Assembly (NCBI GenBank): GCA_001801175.1
Contig: MGWZ01000095.1
Span: 1 to 62,339, forward strand
DNA from: Gallionellales bacterium RIFCSPLOWO2_02_FULL_57_47
GTDB taxonomy: Bacteria > Pseudomonadota > Gammaproteobacteria > Burkholderiales > Gallionellaceae
DNA length: 62,339 bases
Direction: 5' to 3'
Shown: piece after piece, positions 1-9,444 of the stretch
Position numbering within the stretch: the first letter of the stretch is position 1
Layout of the letters: every line of letters begins with the position of its first letter
Notes under the pieces: generated by a model
The model's input: only the letters and a program-made list of their open reading frames with translations
What the model was told of the DNA's origin: nothing
Database searches by the model: none
Translations under genes and position numbers: made by a program

Positions 1-389
1 GCATTGACGTTCTCACTAACAAAATGAAAGTGCAATCATGCCGTATCGGCTGCTCGGAATGAAGCATTACCCACTTGGGATTTGAAAGAGGCATTTTTTA
101 TATGCGTCTGTTCGTTCGTCATCCTCAAAAACGTCTGCGAGAAACCGGTCTATACCGCAAATAGTTTTACATCTCCCTGCGGCCTGTCCGGCAAAAAAAT
201 GCGCCCAGGCTTGTTTCCCCTTGCCCATGGTTAGTCTAAATGGACTATATGCATTTTGTGCTGTGCCGTACTATATTCCCAATGTGCTGCCTGAACGATT
301 TTAATCGTGCCGCACAACATAACGAAGATTCACGTGAGAAGCCGAGACATCCCTTGCAGTCAGCGAACCAAAGTACCAGGGAGACACCC

Positions 390-818
390 ATGAAAAATAT
401 TTTCATCATATCCATCACGTTAATGTCTTGTTTTGCCTCGCCGGCATTCGCCTCTCCCGTCAACATGCGGGAAGGCAACTGGGAGATCGAAACGTCGATG
501 AAAATGGAAAGGATGCCATTTCCCATGCCACCATCGAAGTCCATGCATTGCTTTACCAGGAAAGACCTGGAAGACAGCAGCAAGACACGGTCATCAGATG
601 GCGGGCCGGGAAGGAAGAATGACTGTGAGATGAAGGATATTACCGAAAAGAATGCTTCCGCAAGCTGGAAGCTCGCGTGCAGGGATGGGACATCGGGAAG
701 CGGGGAAGCCGCCTACAAGGGCGATTCTTATTCGGTAAACATGAAGATGTTCGACAAGAAAGGCCGCGAAATGGTCACCACGAGCGTCAACGGCAAGCGC
801 ATCGGCAACTGCAAATAA
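390..818 (-). other. Antisense strand of the DUF3617-like gene: no feature supported (the real CDS is on the + strand, next entry)
   Basis: The minus-strand ORFs 245..583 and 594..833 have no recognisable motifs and overlap the + strand CDS. Confidence 0.05.
390..818 (+). CDS. Secreted DUF3617-family protein
   Basis: ATG at 390 after AGGGAG; signal peptide MKNIFIISITLMSCFASPAFA; 'GNWEI' motif, 4 Cys and C-terminal 'GKRIGNC' typical of DUF3617. Confidence 0.75.
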   Translation: MKNIFIISITLMSCFASPAFASPVNMREGNWEIETSMKMERMPFPMPPSKSMHCFTRKDLEDSSKTRSSDGGPGRKNDCEMKDITEKNASASWKLACRDGTSGSGEAAYKGDSYSVNMKMFDKKGREMVTTSVNGKRIGNCK

Positions 819-835
819 TCCGGAGCATAACAAAA

Positions 836-874
836 CGAAACGCCCCGCAGAAAACCTGCGGGGCGCTTTGCTTT
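836..874. terminator. Intrinsic terminator, probably bidirectional, between the convergent DUF3617 gene and pfp
   Basis: CGCCCCGCAG-aaaac-CTGCGGGGCG hairpin (841-865) with A-rich 5' and T-rich 3' flanks. Confidence 0.75.
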
Positions 875-919
875 AATGGCCGCGCAACGCCATCGCAAAT
901 ATGCTCATTCAGTCAGTTT

Positions 920-949
920 GCAGGGCGAGTCAGCCCGCAGACGTAACCC
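920..949 (+). repeat. Degenerate GTAG-type REP
   Basis: gcagggcgagtcagcccgcagacgtaaccc resembles the GTAGGGCGGGT..CCC REPs elsewhere in the window; GACGTAACCCATG (940-952) also occurs in the nuoC insert. Confidence 0.35.
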
Positions 950-960
950 ATGCAGCCAGA

Positions 961-2154
961 CTACAACCTTCCCATCTTCGGCAACTCTCCCACCAGCGGC
1001 GCAACATAATCCAGCCACGCCTGCGTCACATCGTTGCCCGCCGCGTTGATGTATTCGTCCTTCATCTCGGTGGCAACTTTCGCCACGGTCGACAATGGCG
1101 TGATGAAACATTCGCTGGAATACGGCTTGCTGCTCAGGCGGCGTATCGCCACTGAACCGGGCCGGCCGGTGCCGGCGGCGTGGTTTACGGCATAGTCGCC
1201 GACCGCGCGTGCTTCTTTTGCATCCACCGGAGAAATGATCGTGGGGAAGGAGCGTTGCAGGTAGCCGAAAGTGTCGGCGCGCACGCGCACCTTCTGTCCG
1301 GGGAAGGCTTCTTTCACCAGGGCTGCAAGCGTATCGCCCAACGCGCCGCTGCCGGAAAGCTGGATATTGCCGTGCGAGTCTTTTTCGCCGCTGGTGGAGA
1401 TCGGGTTGCCGTCCTTGTCGGAAATCCCTTCGGAAGCGGCGATCACGCAGCGGCCAAATTTCGCAACGGCATCACGCACGTCCTGCTTGAATTTTTCGAC
1501 ATCAAACACCCGCTCCGGCAGGTAGATCAGATGCGGGCCGTCGTCTGCTGCCTGGCGTGCCAGCGCGGATGCGGCGGTCAGGAACCCGGCGCTGCGCCCC
1601 ATCACGACATTGACCTTGACGCCCTGCAACGCGCGGTTGTCGCGGTCATCGCCCATGAAGGCCAGCGCCACAAAACGCGCCGCCGAGGCAAAGCCCGGAC
1701 AGTGGTCGGTGACTTTCAGATCATTGTCGATGGTCTTGGGGATATGCACGGTGCAGAAATCGTAATTCGCCTCCTTCGCCATCTCGGCGATGATGTGCGC
1801 GGTCTCGGCAGAATCGTTGCCGCCGATGTAGAAGAAATAACGCACGTCGTTCTTCCTGAACACCTCGAACACTTTTTCGCATTCGGCCTTGCCGGGTTTC
1901 AGGCGCACCGAACCCAGCGCCGCTGCCGGAGTCGTGGCGACCAGCTCGAGTTGCTCGACGCTTTGCGTGGTCAGGTCGATGAAATCCTCTTTCATGATGC
2001 CGGCGATGCCGTGGCGCGCGCCGAGGATGCCGGTGATGTTGGGCTGTTTGCGCGCCGCCAGCACCGCGCCGACCAGCGATTGGTTTATGACTGCGGTGGG
2101 GCCGCCCGATTGGCCGATCACCATTTTGCCGATTAGCTTACCTTGCGTTGCCAT
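961..2154 (-). CDS. pfp: Pyrophosphate-dependent 6-phosphofructokinase (PfkA family)
   Basis: QSGGPTAVIN, GGNDS (Asp at the PPi-specificity position), PKTIDND (Lys), VMGR motifs; start MATQG at 2154. Confidence 0.9.
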   Translation of the reverse strand: MATQGKLIGKMVIGQSGGPTAVINQSLVGAVLAARKQPNITGILGARHGIAGIMKEDFIDLTTQSVEQLELVATTPAAALGSVRLKPGKAECEKVFEVFRKNDVRYFFYIGGNDSAETAHIIAEMAKEANYDFCTVHIPKTIDNDLKVTDHCPGFASAARFVALAFMGDDRDNRALQGVKVNVVMGRSAGFLTAASALARQAADDGPHLIYLPERVFDVEKFKQDVRDAVAKFGRCVIAASEGISDKDGNPISTSGEKDSHGNIQLSGSGALGDTLAALVKEAFPGQKVRVRADTFGYLQRSFPTIISPVDAKEARAVGDYAVNHAAGTGRPGSVAIRRLSSKPYSSECFITPLSTVAKVATEMKDEYINAAGNDVTQAWLDYVAPLVGELPKMGRL

Positions 2155-2229
2155 GACTTCAGCTCCCATAGATTTAAAGATGGTTCATTCTAAACCGAAC
2201 ATGGTTCTGCGGCATCCCCTTGCTTCGCT

Positions 2230-2235
2230 TATAAT
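2230..2235 (+). promoter_or_regulatory. Candidate sigma70 -10 box for ppa
   Basis: Perfect TATAAT about 40 nt upstream of the ppa ATG; no clear -35. Confidence 0.35.
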
Positions 2236-2275
2236 TGCGCCCTTTTTATTTCGCCTACCTTCTTTAAGGAACAGT

Positions 2276-2818
2276 ATGAGTTTGTTAAATGTGCGCCCCG
2301 GCGACAATCTTCCCCACGAATGCAATGTCATCGTCGAAATCCCCAAGCACGCTGACCCGGTAAAATACGAAGTGGACAAGGAATCCGGCGTTCTGGTCGT
2401 GGACCGCTTCATCGGATCGCTGATGCGCTATCCGTGCAACTACGGCTTCATCCCGGAAACCATCGCGGATGACGGCGACCCGGTGGATGTGCTGGTGGTC
2501 ACCCCGTTCCCTATCGTTCACGGTGCTATCATTCCCTGCCGTCCGGTCGGCATGTTGAGCATGGACGATGAAGGCGGCGGCGATGCCAAGATCATCGCTG
2601 TGCCCACCGACAAGCTGACGCCGCTTTACCATGATGTTCGGTCATACGAGGATTTGCCGAAAATCACGCTGGAGCAGGTCAAACATTTTTTCGAGCTTTA
2701 CAAGGCGCTGGAGCCGGGCAAGTGGGTCAAGATCAAGGGTTGGGAAGGGGTTGAAGCGGCCCATGAAGAAATCATGAAGGGCATCGAGGCGTACAAGAAT
2801 AAATCCTCAGGTAACTAA
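2276..2818 (+). CDS. ppa: Family I soluble inorganic pyrophosphatase
   Basis: [22 protein letters not shown] signature, HFFELYK; AAGGA RBS before the ATG at 2276. Confidence 0.95.
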   Translation: MSLLNVRPGDNLPHECNVIVEIPKHADPVKYEVDKESGVLVVDRFIGSLMRYPCNYGFIPETIADDGDPVDVLVVTPFPIVHGAIIPCRPVGMLSMDDEGGGDAKIIAVPTDKLTPLYHDVRSYEDLPKITLEQVKHFFELYKALEPGKWVKIKGWEGVEAAHEEIMKGIEAYKNKSSGN

Positions 2819-2843
2819 CTCACTCAACAAACGGGAGCAAACC

Positions 2844-3695
2844 ATGACAGCACAGATTATCGACGGTAAAACCATCGCCCAACAGGTACGCGCCGAATGG
2901 AAAGTGCGCGCCGATGCGCTGAAGGCGCGCGGTATCGTGCCGGGGCTGGCGGTCATCATCGTCGGTGAAGACCCTGCCTCCAAGGTATATGTCGCCAACA
3001 AGGTGAAAGCCTGCGCCGAACTCGGCCTGCACTCCGAACACGTCATCATGTCTGCCGACACGCCCGAAGCTGTATTGCTGGCGAAGATCGCCGAATTGAA
3101 CAATGACCCGAAGATCCACGGCATCCTCGTGCAACTGCCCGTGCCCAAACACATCGACAGCAGCAAGGTGCTCGAAGCCATCAATCCGGACAAGGATGTG
3201 GACGGCTTCCACCCGATGAATGTCGGCGCGCTGGTCACCGGCAACATGCGCTTCGCCCCCTGCACCCCCTACGGCGCGATGAAGCTGCTGGAAAAATGCG
3301 GCGTCTCCATCGAAGGCAAGCACGCCGTGGTCGTCGGGCGCAGCAACATCGTCGGCAAGCCGATGGCGCTGATGCTGCTGCAACAGAACGCCACCGTCAC
3401 GATCTGCACCTCCAAAACCGTTGACCTCGCCAAATTCACCCGCGACGCCGACATCCTGGTCGTCGCTACAGGCAAGGCAAAGATGATCACCGGCGACATG
3501 ATCAAACCGGGTGCTGCGGTGATCGACGTCGGCATCAACCGCATGCCCGATGGCAAGCTGTGCGGTGACGTGGATTTCGATTCCGCGAAGGAAGTCGCCG
3601 GCTGGATCACTCCCGTCCCGGGCGGCGTCGGGCCGATGACCATCACGATGCTGGTGGCCAACACCGTGCAGGCGGCGGAGCGCAAGGCGAAGTAA
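2844..3695 (+). CDS. folD: Bifunctional methylene-THF dehydrogenase/cyclohydrolase
   Basis: [32 protein letters not shown] motifs. Confidence 0.97.
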   Translation: MTAQIIDGKTIAQQVRAEWKVRADALKARGIVPGLAVIIVGEDPASKVYVANKVKACAELGLHSEHVIMSADTPEAVLLAKIAELNNDPKIHGILVQLPVPKHIDSSKVLEAINPDKDVDGFHPMNVGALVTGNMRFAPCTPYGAMKLLEKCGVSIEGKHAVVVGRSNIVGKPMALMLLQQNATVTICTSKTVDLAKFTRDADILVVATGKAKMITGDMIKPGAAVIDVGINRMPDGKLCGDVDFDSAKEVAGWITPVPGGVGPMTITMLVANTVQAAERKAK

Positions 3696-3716
3696 GCCTG
3701 GATATATGGCCGGCAA

Positions 3717-3750
3717 CCGTTCGGGCTGAGCCTGTCGAAGCCTGTCCTGA
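3717..3750 (+). repeat. Palindromic repeat, family B (CCGTTCGGGCTGAGCYTGTCGAAGCC)
   Basis: Near-identical inverted copy inside hsdM at 13093-13119; related CCTGTCCTGA..TGTCGAAG copy in dxs. Confidence 0.75.
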
Positions 3751-3904
3751 TCCAGCGCAAATGCCCGTCTTTCCTTGCGCCTTGCTTGCTGCGCAGTGTG
3801 CTGCAGTATTCTGGTCGGTCTGATGCGCGGGCGACGTGGCATGGTTGTTCCAGGAGCAATGCGCTGCATCCCCCCTTTTTAGTTCGCTGAACTATGCCCA
3901 AGCA

Positions 3905-4264
3905 TCAGCGGCACACCTTATTGCCAAAGGGATCCACGCCGCAACGCGCGCGGCCATTCTTGTCATCGCGACTGGCCTTGCTGCCCGATTCGCCCGACGA
4001 ACCCGTCGGCTTGACGGTTCCATGGTCATCCCCGGTCGCCCGATCAGCCGGCACAGTGGTAACTACCCCGTCCTCATCCATACAAACAGTATTTCCGAAA
4101 TCGTCCGTTCCGCAACGCGAGGCTGCGGCTGCGGCTGCGGCTGCGGCTGCGGCTGCGGCTGCCGGTAAAGATATCGCGAACATCAACGCGAACAAAAGAA
4201 TTACCCGGGGACTGAGCCCCATGCTTTTCGCCAACTGTGGTTCGCTCGTCATCATTCTGCCCAT
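3905..4264 (-). CDS. Small putative exported protein with poly-Ala tract and two RCGxDxFGNxVC repeats
   Basis: Hydrophobic signal-like segment, Ala14 tract, internal repeat RCGTDDFGNTVC / RCGVDPFGNKVC; start codon uncertain. Confidence 0.6.
   Translation of the reverse strand: MGRMMTSEPQLAKSMGLSPRVILLFALMFAISLPAAAAAAAAAAAAAASRCGTDDFGNTVCMDEDGVVTTVPADRATGDDHGTVKPTGSSGESGSKASRDDKNGRARCGVDPFGNKVCR
4121..4162. repeat. (GGCTGC)7 hexanucleotide tandem repeat
   Basis: Seven perfect units read directly; encodes Ala14 on the minus strand. Confidence 0.95.
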
Positions 4265-4447
4265 GCTCGTTTCGCCGCCTCCTCTAGCCGCGCACTCGTT
4301 CGTGGCGAATTCAATTGTGCTCCGTCGCTGAGGCCTCTGAAAATGACACGAACGGTTATTGACGAGCATCTGTTAACCCATTGCGGAAGTTCAGGCTGAA
4401 AGCCCCGACCGTCTCCCAAGATGGGCCGTTAAAGCAGCTCATCTCTT

Positions 4448-5176
4448 TCAATAATCCCACTCTTCATGCACCAGCGGCATCCGTTTCAACATATCCCGAT
4501 ACTGCCGCCACAGTGGAATGTGTTTCTCCATCAGCGCTGTGAAGCGCTCGTTGTGATGCCGCTCCAGCAGGTGCACCAGTTCATGCACCACGATATATTC
4601 CAAACATTGCACCGGCTTTTTGGCCAACTCCAGATTGAACCAGACTCGTCGCGCAGCGGCGTTGCAACTACCCCATTTGGTTTTCATCTTCTTGATGCCC
4701 CAGTCAGCAACCTGCACACCCAGGATAGGCTGCCACTTTTCCAGCAAGGGCGGAATCAACGCCTTGAGCTGCTCGCGATGCCAGCGCAGCAAGATAGCCT
4801 CCCTCTGCTCAACGCTAGTGCCTAAGCGCACAAACAGATCGAGGGATGCAATTCCACGGATAGTCACCTTGGGCGGCGCGTTATGCTGATGCACGCGCAG
4901 GCGATAGCGACGACCCAGAAAATAGTGGCTCTCGCCATTCACCATCTCGCGCTGTGACTGGCGCGGCTGCTCCGCAAACTTGGCCTTCTGCCGCTTGATC
5001 CAGCCCAGCTTGTCGATCACTGCCAGGCGCACCGCCTCATCGCTTACCACCAGAGGCGCGGCGATCCGCACACGGCCATGCGGCGGATAAACACCCAAGT
5101 GCAGGTTCTTGATGTCCTTGCGCACCACCTCGACCTTGATGCTGCCAACGCTGATGTGACGAGTCTCAGTAGTCAT
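4448..5176 (-). CDS. M48/YgjP (DUF45) zinc metallohydrolase associated with type I R-M
   Basis: KWGSC and HELVH (HExxH) motifs; overlaps the hsdR stop. Confidence 0.88.
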   Translation of the reverse strand: MTTETRHISVGSIKVEVVRKDIKNLHLGVYPPHGRVRIAAPLVVSDEAVRLAVIDKLGWIKRQKAKFAEQPRQSQREMVNGESHYFLGRRYRLRVHQHNAPPKVTIRGIASLDLFVRLGTSVEQREAILLRWHREQLKALIPPLLEKWQPILGVQVADWGIKKMKTKWGSCNAAARRVWFNLELAKKPVQCLEYIVVHELVHLLERHHNERFTALMEKHIPLWRQYRDMLKRMPLVHEEWDY

Positions 5177-8100
5177 TCTGATTCTTTGCCAGTTCGAGAA
5201 TACGATCAGTTTCTGCCTCCAAGTCCGGCGGCACCAGCCTGATCACTGCATCACTTTCTTGTATGGCCAAACCTCTATCTACGGGAATCGCTGTCGCCAA
5301 AACGTGCCTGATCGCGATACGCACACGCTGAGTCTTGATCGGGTTGCTGCGCCAGCCGTTTTGCCTGCTCTCATGCACGGCATTGTCCACGGCCAAAGCC
5401 AGCCCTTCATTCTTGCCAAGGTTGTTGTAAAGCGCCCGCTGCGCCGCCGTCTTCACGCCCGGCTGATAGCCGCCGCCACCACCCGGCATGGTCGCCTGCT
5501 TGGTCAGCGCGGCGATTTTGTTGAGATATTCCCTGTAGCTCACCACCCCCTTGCGTCGCTGTTCTATCAAGGCATCCAGCAGCTTGGACATTTTCTCGTA
5601 ATAGGCGGGATCGACCGGCGACTCGTTGATGATGAGCTTGCGGACGTTGTTCGCGATGGTCTCGGCGACAGCTTCCTCGCTCTTCCTGATGCCCTTGGGC
5701 AATGCATTCACCGCATCCGGGCCGCGCTCGACGATCAACTGAATCAGGCTCATGTCGTCGAAGGCGGAAATCTTCTCGCTCTCCTCGGCGCGGATGTAGG
5801 TGTCGATCAGGTGGCGCATGGCAGGCTCATAGGCCTTGAGGTCGATGTAGTCGCCGCTGGCGAGGCGCACCTCGTCACGCACCTTGGCGTAGTGATCCAC
5901 CTCGGCCCTGATCTTCTCGATCTCGTCTGGCTGGTATTTCGCCTCGGCCAATTCGCTGGCGATGCCGGCGTAGGCGCGCAACAGCGCGGCGGTGAATTTG
6001 TAGAGCTTCAGCCGCTTCGGCTCGTTGTCCTTGAGTTGGTCGGCGTTGCCGGAATCCTTCGCGCAGAAGTAATGCAAATAGGCCGCCGAACCCCTCGGCA
6101 AGTCCACCGTCTCGCACAGCGCCTTGATCGCCTCGCGCGCTTCCTCCAAGTCTTCCCGCGCCTTGTCCAGCCGATTCTCCAGCAGACCGGCCACATCTTC
6201 CTTGTCATAGCCGTCCAGCGCGCCGCTGGTGTAATCCTCCACCGCGCCTTCCAGGCTCTTGAACAAATCCTTGTAGTCGATGATGTAGCCGTATTCCTTG
6301 TCGTCGCCATCCAGCCGGTTGACGCGGCAGATCGCCTGGAACAGCCCGTGATCGCGCATCTGCTTGTCGATGTAGAGGTAGGTGGCCGAGGGCGCATCGA
6401 AGCCGGTGAGCAGCTTGTCCACCACGATCAGCAGCTTCATCTGCCCCGGTTCATCGATGAATTTCTTCTTCACCGCCAGATCGAATTTCTCGGCCTTGTT
6501 GATCGCAGCCTCGGGCGGCTCATTGAACCAGTCGGCCAGCATCTGGCGGTAAACGCCATACTTGAAGAGATTGTCCGTATCCCCTTCGCCGGTCGTCTCG
6601 CCCTTGGCATCTGCCACACTCGGTGCATAACTGGTGACAATCGCGCACTTGCCTTTCAACTCACCCTTGGCGAACAGCTCATAGAACTTGCACGCCTCGT
6701 AGATGCTGCCCGCCACCAGCATCGCGTTGCCGTGGCCGTCCATCAGGCGCGGCTTGGTGCTCATGTCCATCAGAATATCGGCGACGATCTTCTCCAGCCT
6801 GTCCTGGCTGGAAAGCACCCGCTGCATCGTGCCCCATTTCTGCTTGAGCTGCGCGCGCGCCAAGTCGTTCAGCCCTTTTGTCTTGGCCGCAAACCACTGG
6901 TCTATCTTGTCCTTGTTGGTCAGCTTCTGGTCGATGTCCCGCGCCTCATAGCGCAAATCCAGCACCACGCCCTCGCGCACCGCCTGATCGAATTTGTAGG
7001 TGTGGATGTAGCGACCGAACACCTCGATGCTCTTCTGCTTGTCCGCTTTCAACAGCGGCGTACCGGTGAAACCGATGAACAGCGCATTGGGCAGCAGCTT
7101 CTTCATGGCCTTGTGCAGATCGCCCGACTGGGTGCGATGACACTCATCCACGAACACATGGATGTCGCCCTTGGCCTTGAAGTCCGATGGCAGTTTCTGG
7201 ATGGATTCGATGAAAGCTTTGGTTCCTTCATCCCCCTCCGCTTCGCCATTGCCCTGACGGCCAAACTTGTGCACCAGCGAGCAGAGCAGCGATTCGGTGG
7301 TGCCGTTCAGTTTGTCGATCAGGTCGTCGCTGTTCTTGGTGCGGTAGATTTTCTGGTTGACGCCCTTGAACACCTTCTCGATCTGCTCGTCCAGTTCGGT
7401 GCGGTCGGTGATGATCAGCACCCGCGCACCCTCACGGTTTTCGCGTATCCACTTCGCCAGCCACACCATGGTCAGCGACTTGCCGCTGCCCTGCGTGTGC
7501 CAGATGATGCCGCCCTCGCGGCGGCGGATAAATTCCTGCGCTGCCTTCACGCCGAAATACTGGTTCTGGCGGCAGACCTTCTTGGTGCCCGCATCGAACA
7601 CCACGAAATCGTGGATCAGCTCCAGCAGTCGCGCCTTCTCGCATACCTGCAACAGGTGCCGGTCGAGCAGGTTCGCTTCAGCCGCATGGTTGCCGCTTTC
7701 CTCCACCCATTTCAGGTAATACTTTTCCGGCGTCTCGATGGTGCCGTAACGCAGCCCCTCGCTGTCGTTGCCCGCCATCAGCCACTGCATGGTCGAGAAG
7801 AATGGCTGGATGAATTCCTTCTTCTGGTTGTCCAGATTCTGGCGTATGCCCTCGGCCACCGACACCGTGGAGCGCTTCAGTTCCAGCACGCCCAGCGCGA
7901 TGCCGTTGACGTAGATCACCACATCCGGGCGCTTGGTGCTGGCTTTCGCATCCGCCCCCTTGACCGTTACCTCCTCGGCGATGGCGAACTGGTTGTTCTC
8001 CGGCTGCTTCCAGTCGACCAGCCAGACCGTGGCAGTCTTCTCGCCCGCCTCCGGCTGCACCTTCACGCCGTAGCGCAGCAGGTCATAGACTTCCTTGTTG

Positions 8101-8336
8101 CGGTCATACAGCTGTTTGCTGGTGTCGGCCGCGGCGTTGTTCAGCTTGTGCAGCGCGCGTTTGATGAGTGTCTCGCTCACGCCCTGTTTTTGCAGCCAGG
8201 CGGCGAGCAACTCAGGCTCGATGTTGAGGTTGTCGAGTTCGGTCTTATCGCCCAGATAGTCGTAGTGCAAACGGTCGCGGAATAGCACGACGACGCGGGC
8301 TTGAGTTTTCTTTTCGATCTGGCCGACAGTGCTCAT
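5166..8336 (-). CDS. hsdR: Type I restriction endonuclease subunit R
   Basis: RPD...ELK nuclease motif, WHTQGSGKS Walker A, DECHR, FTGTP, LLTGFD, QAICRVNR; start MSTVGQ at 8336. Confidence 0.95.
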   Translation of the reverse strand: MSTVGQIEKKTQARVVVLFRDRLHYDYLGDKTELDNLNIEPELLAAWLQKQGVSETLIKRALHKLNNAAADTSKQLYDRNKEVYDLLRYGVKVQPEAGEKTATVWLVDWKQPENNQFAIAEEVTVKGADAKASTKRPDVVIYVNGIALGVLELKRSTVSVAEGIRQNLDNQKKEFIQPFFSTMQWLMAGNDSEGLRYGTIETPEKYYLKWVEESGNHAAEANLLDRHLLQVCEKARLLELIHDFVVFDAGTKKVCRQNQYFGVKAAQEFIRRREGGIIWHTQGSGKSLTMVWLAKWIRENREGARVLIITDRTELDEQIEKVFKGVNQKIYRTKNSDDLIDKLNGTTESLLCSLVHKFGRQGNGEAEGDEGTKAFIESIQKLPSDFKAKGDIHVFVDECHRTQSGDLHKAMKKLLPNALFIGFTGTPLLKADKQKSIEVFGRYIHTYKFDQAVREGVVLDLRYEARDIDQKLTNKDKIDQWFAAKTKGLNDLARAQLKQKWGTMQRVLSSQDRLEKIVADILMDMSTKPRLMDGHGNAMLVAGSIYEACKFYELFAKGELKGKCAIVTSYAPSVADAKGETTGEGDTDNLFKYGVYRQMLADWFNEPPEAAINKAEKFDLAVKKKFIDEPGQMKLLIVVDKLLTGFDAPSATYLYIDKQMRDHGLFQAICRVNRLDGDDKEYGYIIDYKDLFKSLEGAVEDYTSGALDGYDKEDVAGLLENRLDKAREDLEEAREAIKALCETVDLPRGSAAYLHYFCAKDSGNADQLKDNEPKRLKLYKFTAALLRAYAGIASELAEAKYQPDEIEKIRAEVDHYAKVRDEVRLASGDYIDLKAYEPAMRHLIDTYIRAEESEKISAFDDMSLIQLIVERGPDAVNALPKGIRKSEEAVAETIANNVRKLIINESPVDPAYYEKMSKLLDALIEQRRKGVVSYREYLNKIAALTKQATMPGGGGGYQPGVKTAAQRALYNNLGKNEGLALAVDNAVHESRQNGWRSNPIKTQRVRIAIRHVLATAIPVDRGLAIQESDAVIRLVPPDLEAETDRILELAKNQNDY

Positions 8337-8355
8337 GAACAGCGCCCCCTTGTGC

Positions 8356-9444
8356 TTACTCTGGAACCACCTTGATATTATGCTTGGCTTGCCAGCGCAC
8401 ATTACGCCCGCTTCCCAAGCGCTCAACCAAACCCATTTCGTTTAACTTGCTAATACAGTGGCTCACGGTCATAGGCGAAACATTATTTTGCTTTGCGACA
8501 TCATGAATGCTCTTTGGCGTACCCTGTTTAAGCGCATCAAGAACTTGTGAAAGTGCAAAGCTCAACTCCCTCAATCGCAATTCTGGTGACTGATAACTTT
8601 TTTTGATGTGTGTGGCGACCTGTTCGATCTCCGGAAACAACGTTGCCTGGCTGATACCCAAAGCCTTTAGTTGCATTAATATTTCAACTTTCTTGGCTTT
8701 ATTAACCTTGATCCTCTCAATGATCGAGGACTCTTCCAGTTGAGCAGGCTTGGTTTTATCCCCGTCAACACCGAACAATAGAAACGCACCGTCCTGCCTG
8801 ATAATCCTGGGATTATCCAGCATTGGTTTGACGCAAATAACCTTGCCGAGATGGCCTCGTTGGATGATTGGCTTGAAGTGGGGTTTGTCTTGCCGGACAT
8901 CATGGAGAAGGCGTTCTATTTCATAAGTTTCATTGAATAATCTTATTTGTTTATTTGTTTCGATTGCGCCGATTGTGCCAACTGATGGAATCTTAAAATC
9001 GGTTGGCCTGCGGCTTAAGTTTGAAATGACACTCACTGTGTCACTGTCGAAATACTTCACCTGATCTATATCAAAACCAACGACGATCACATCGCCATCT
9101 TCATCATATTTCTCATGCGTAGTACATGAGAAATAAAGCGCCACAAGCGGGTTGCTTGTGATGTCGAGAAGGCGCGTCGGTAGAGAGTAGTGCTGCATCT
9201 TTACGAGAATTTGGAAGGTCGATAAATCACCCGAAAAATCGTTTGGGCAGCGCAAGATCAACTCTTTCAGCATGATTGCCTCGTTGGCAATCCATCCGGA
9301 ATTTCGGTAAACAGATGGCTCAAGCCTAAAACTGGATTTCGAATGCCCCCGGTAAAAAAGGAGCTGCCCCCTGCTTCTGTCTATTTTATCCAGCCGCTGG
9401 AGGAAGGAGCTGATTGTCCCGACTTTTTGTTCTTGATCATCCAT
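8356..9444 (-). CDS. FRG-domain protein with C-terminal winged HTH
   Basis: FYRGH, QHYSLPTRLLDITSNPLVALYF, NPRIIRQDGAF FRG motifs; C-terminal HTH-plus-wing pattern (SIHDVAKQNNVSPMTVSHCISKLNEMGLVER). Confidence 0.85.
   Translation of the reverse strand: MDDQEQKVGTISSFLQRLDKIDRSRGQLLFYRGHSKSSFRLEPSVYRNSGWIANEAIMLKELILRCPNDFSGDLSTFQILVKMQHYSLPTRLLDITSNPLVALYFSCTTHEKYDEDGDVIVVGFDIDQVKYFDSDTVSVISNLSRRPTDFKIPSVGTIGAIETNKQIRLFNETYEIERLLHDVRQDKPHFKPIIQRGHLGKVICVKPMLDNPRIIRQDGAFLLFGVDGDKTKPAQLEESSIIERIKVNKAKKVEILMQLKALGISQATLFPEIEQVATHIKKSYQSPELRLRELSFALSQVLDALKQGTPKSIHDVAKQNNVSPMTVSHCISKLNEMGLVERLGSGRNVRWQAKHNIKVVPE

Noticed and set aside
231-246. TAGTC-N6-GACTA inverted repeat upstream of the DUF3617 gene
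   Set aside because: Only 5-bp arms; no regulator can be assigned
1889-2275. Apparent N-terminal extension of Ppa (309-aa ORF)
   Set aside because: Overlaps pfp antisense; RBS and homology start at 2276
3836-4331. + strand ORFs with CGCGCG or poly-Ala tails
   Set aside because: Alternative readings of the hexamer repeat; the minus-strand ORF has the coherent signal peptide and internal repeat
5220-5300. Short extra segment near the HsdR C-terminus
   Set aside because: No palindrome or match to the window's repeat families; likely an ordinary variable loop
5259-8285. 1008-aa + strand ORF, and similar long ORFs at 12770-14518, 21616-23205, 32947-35364, 45020-46363, 48817-50526 and 60124-61689
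   Set aside because: Antisense shadows of well-supported high-GC genes; no motifs
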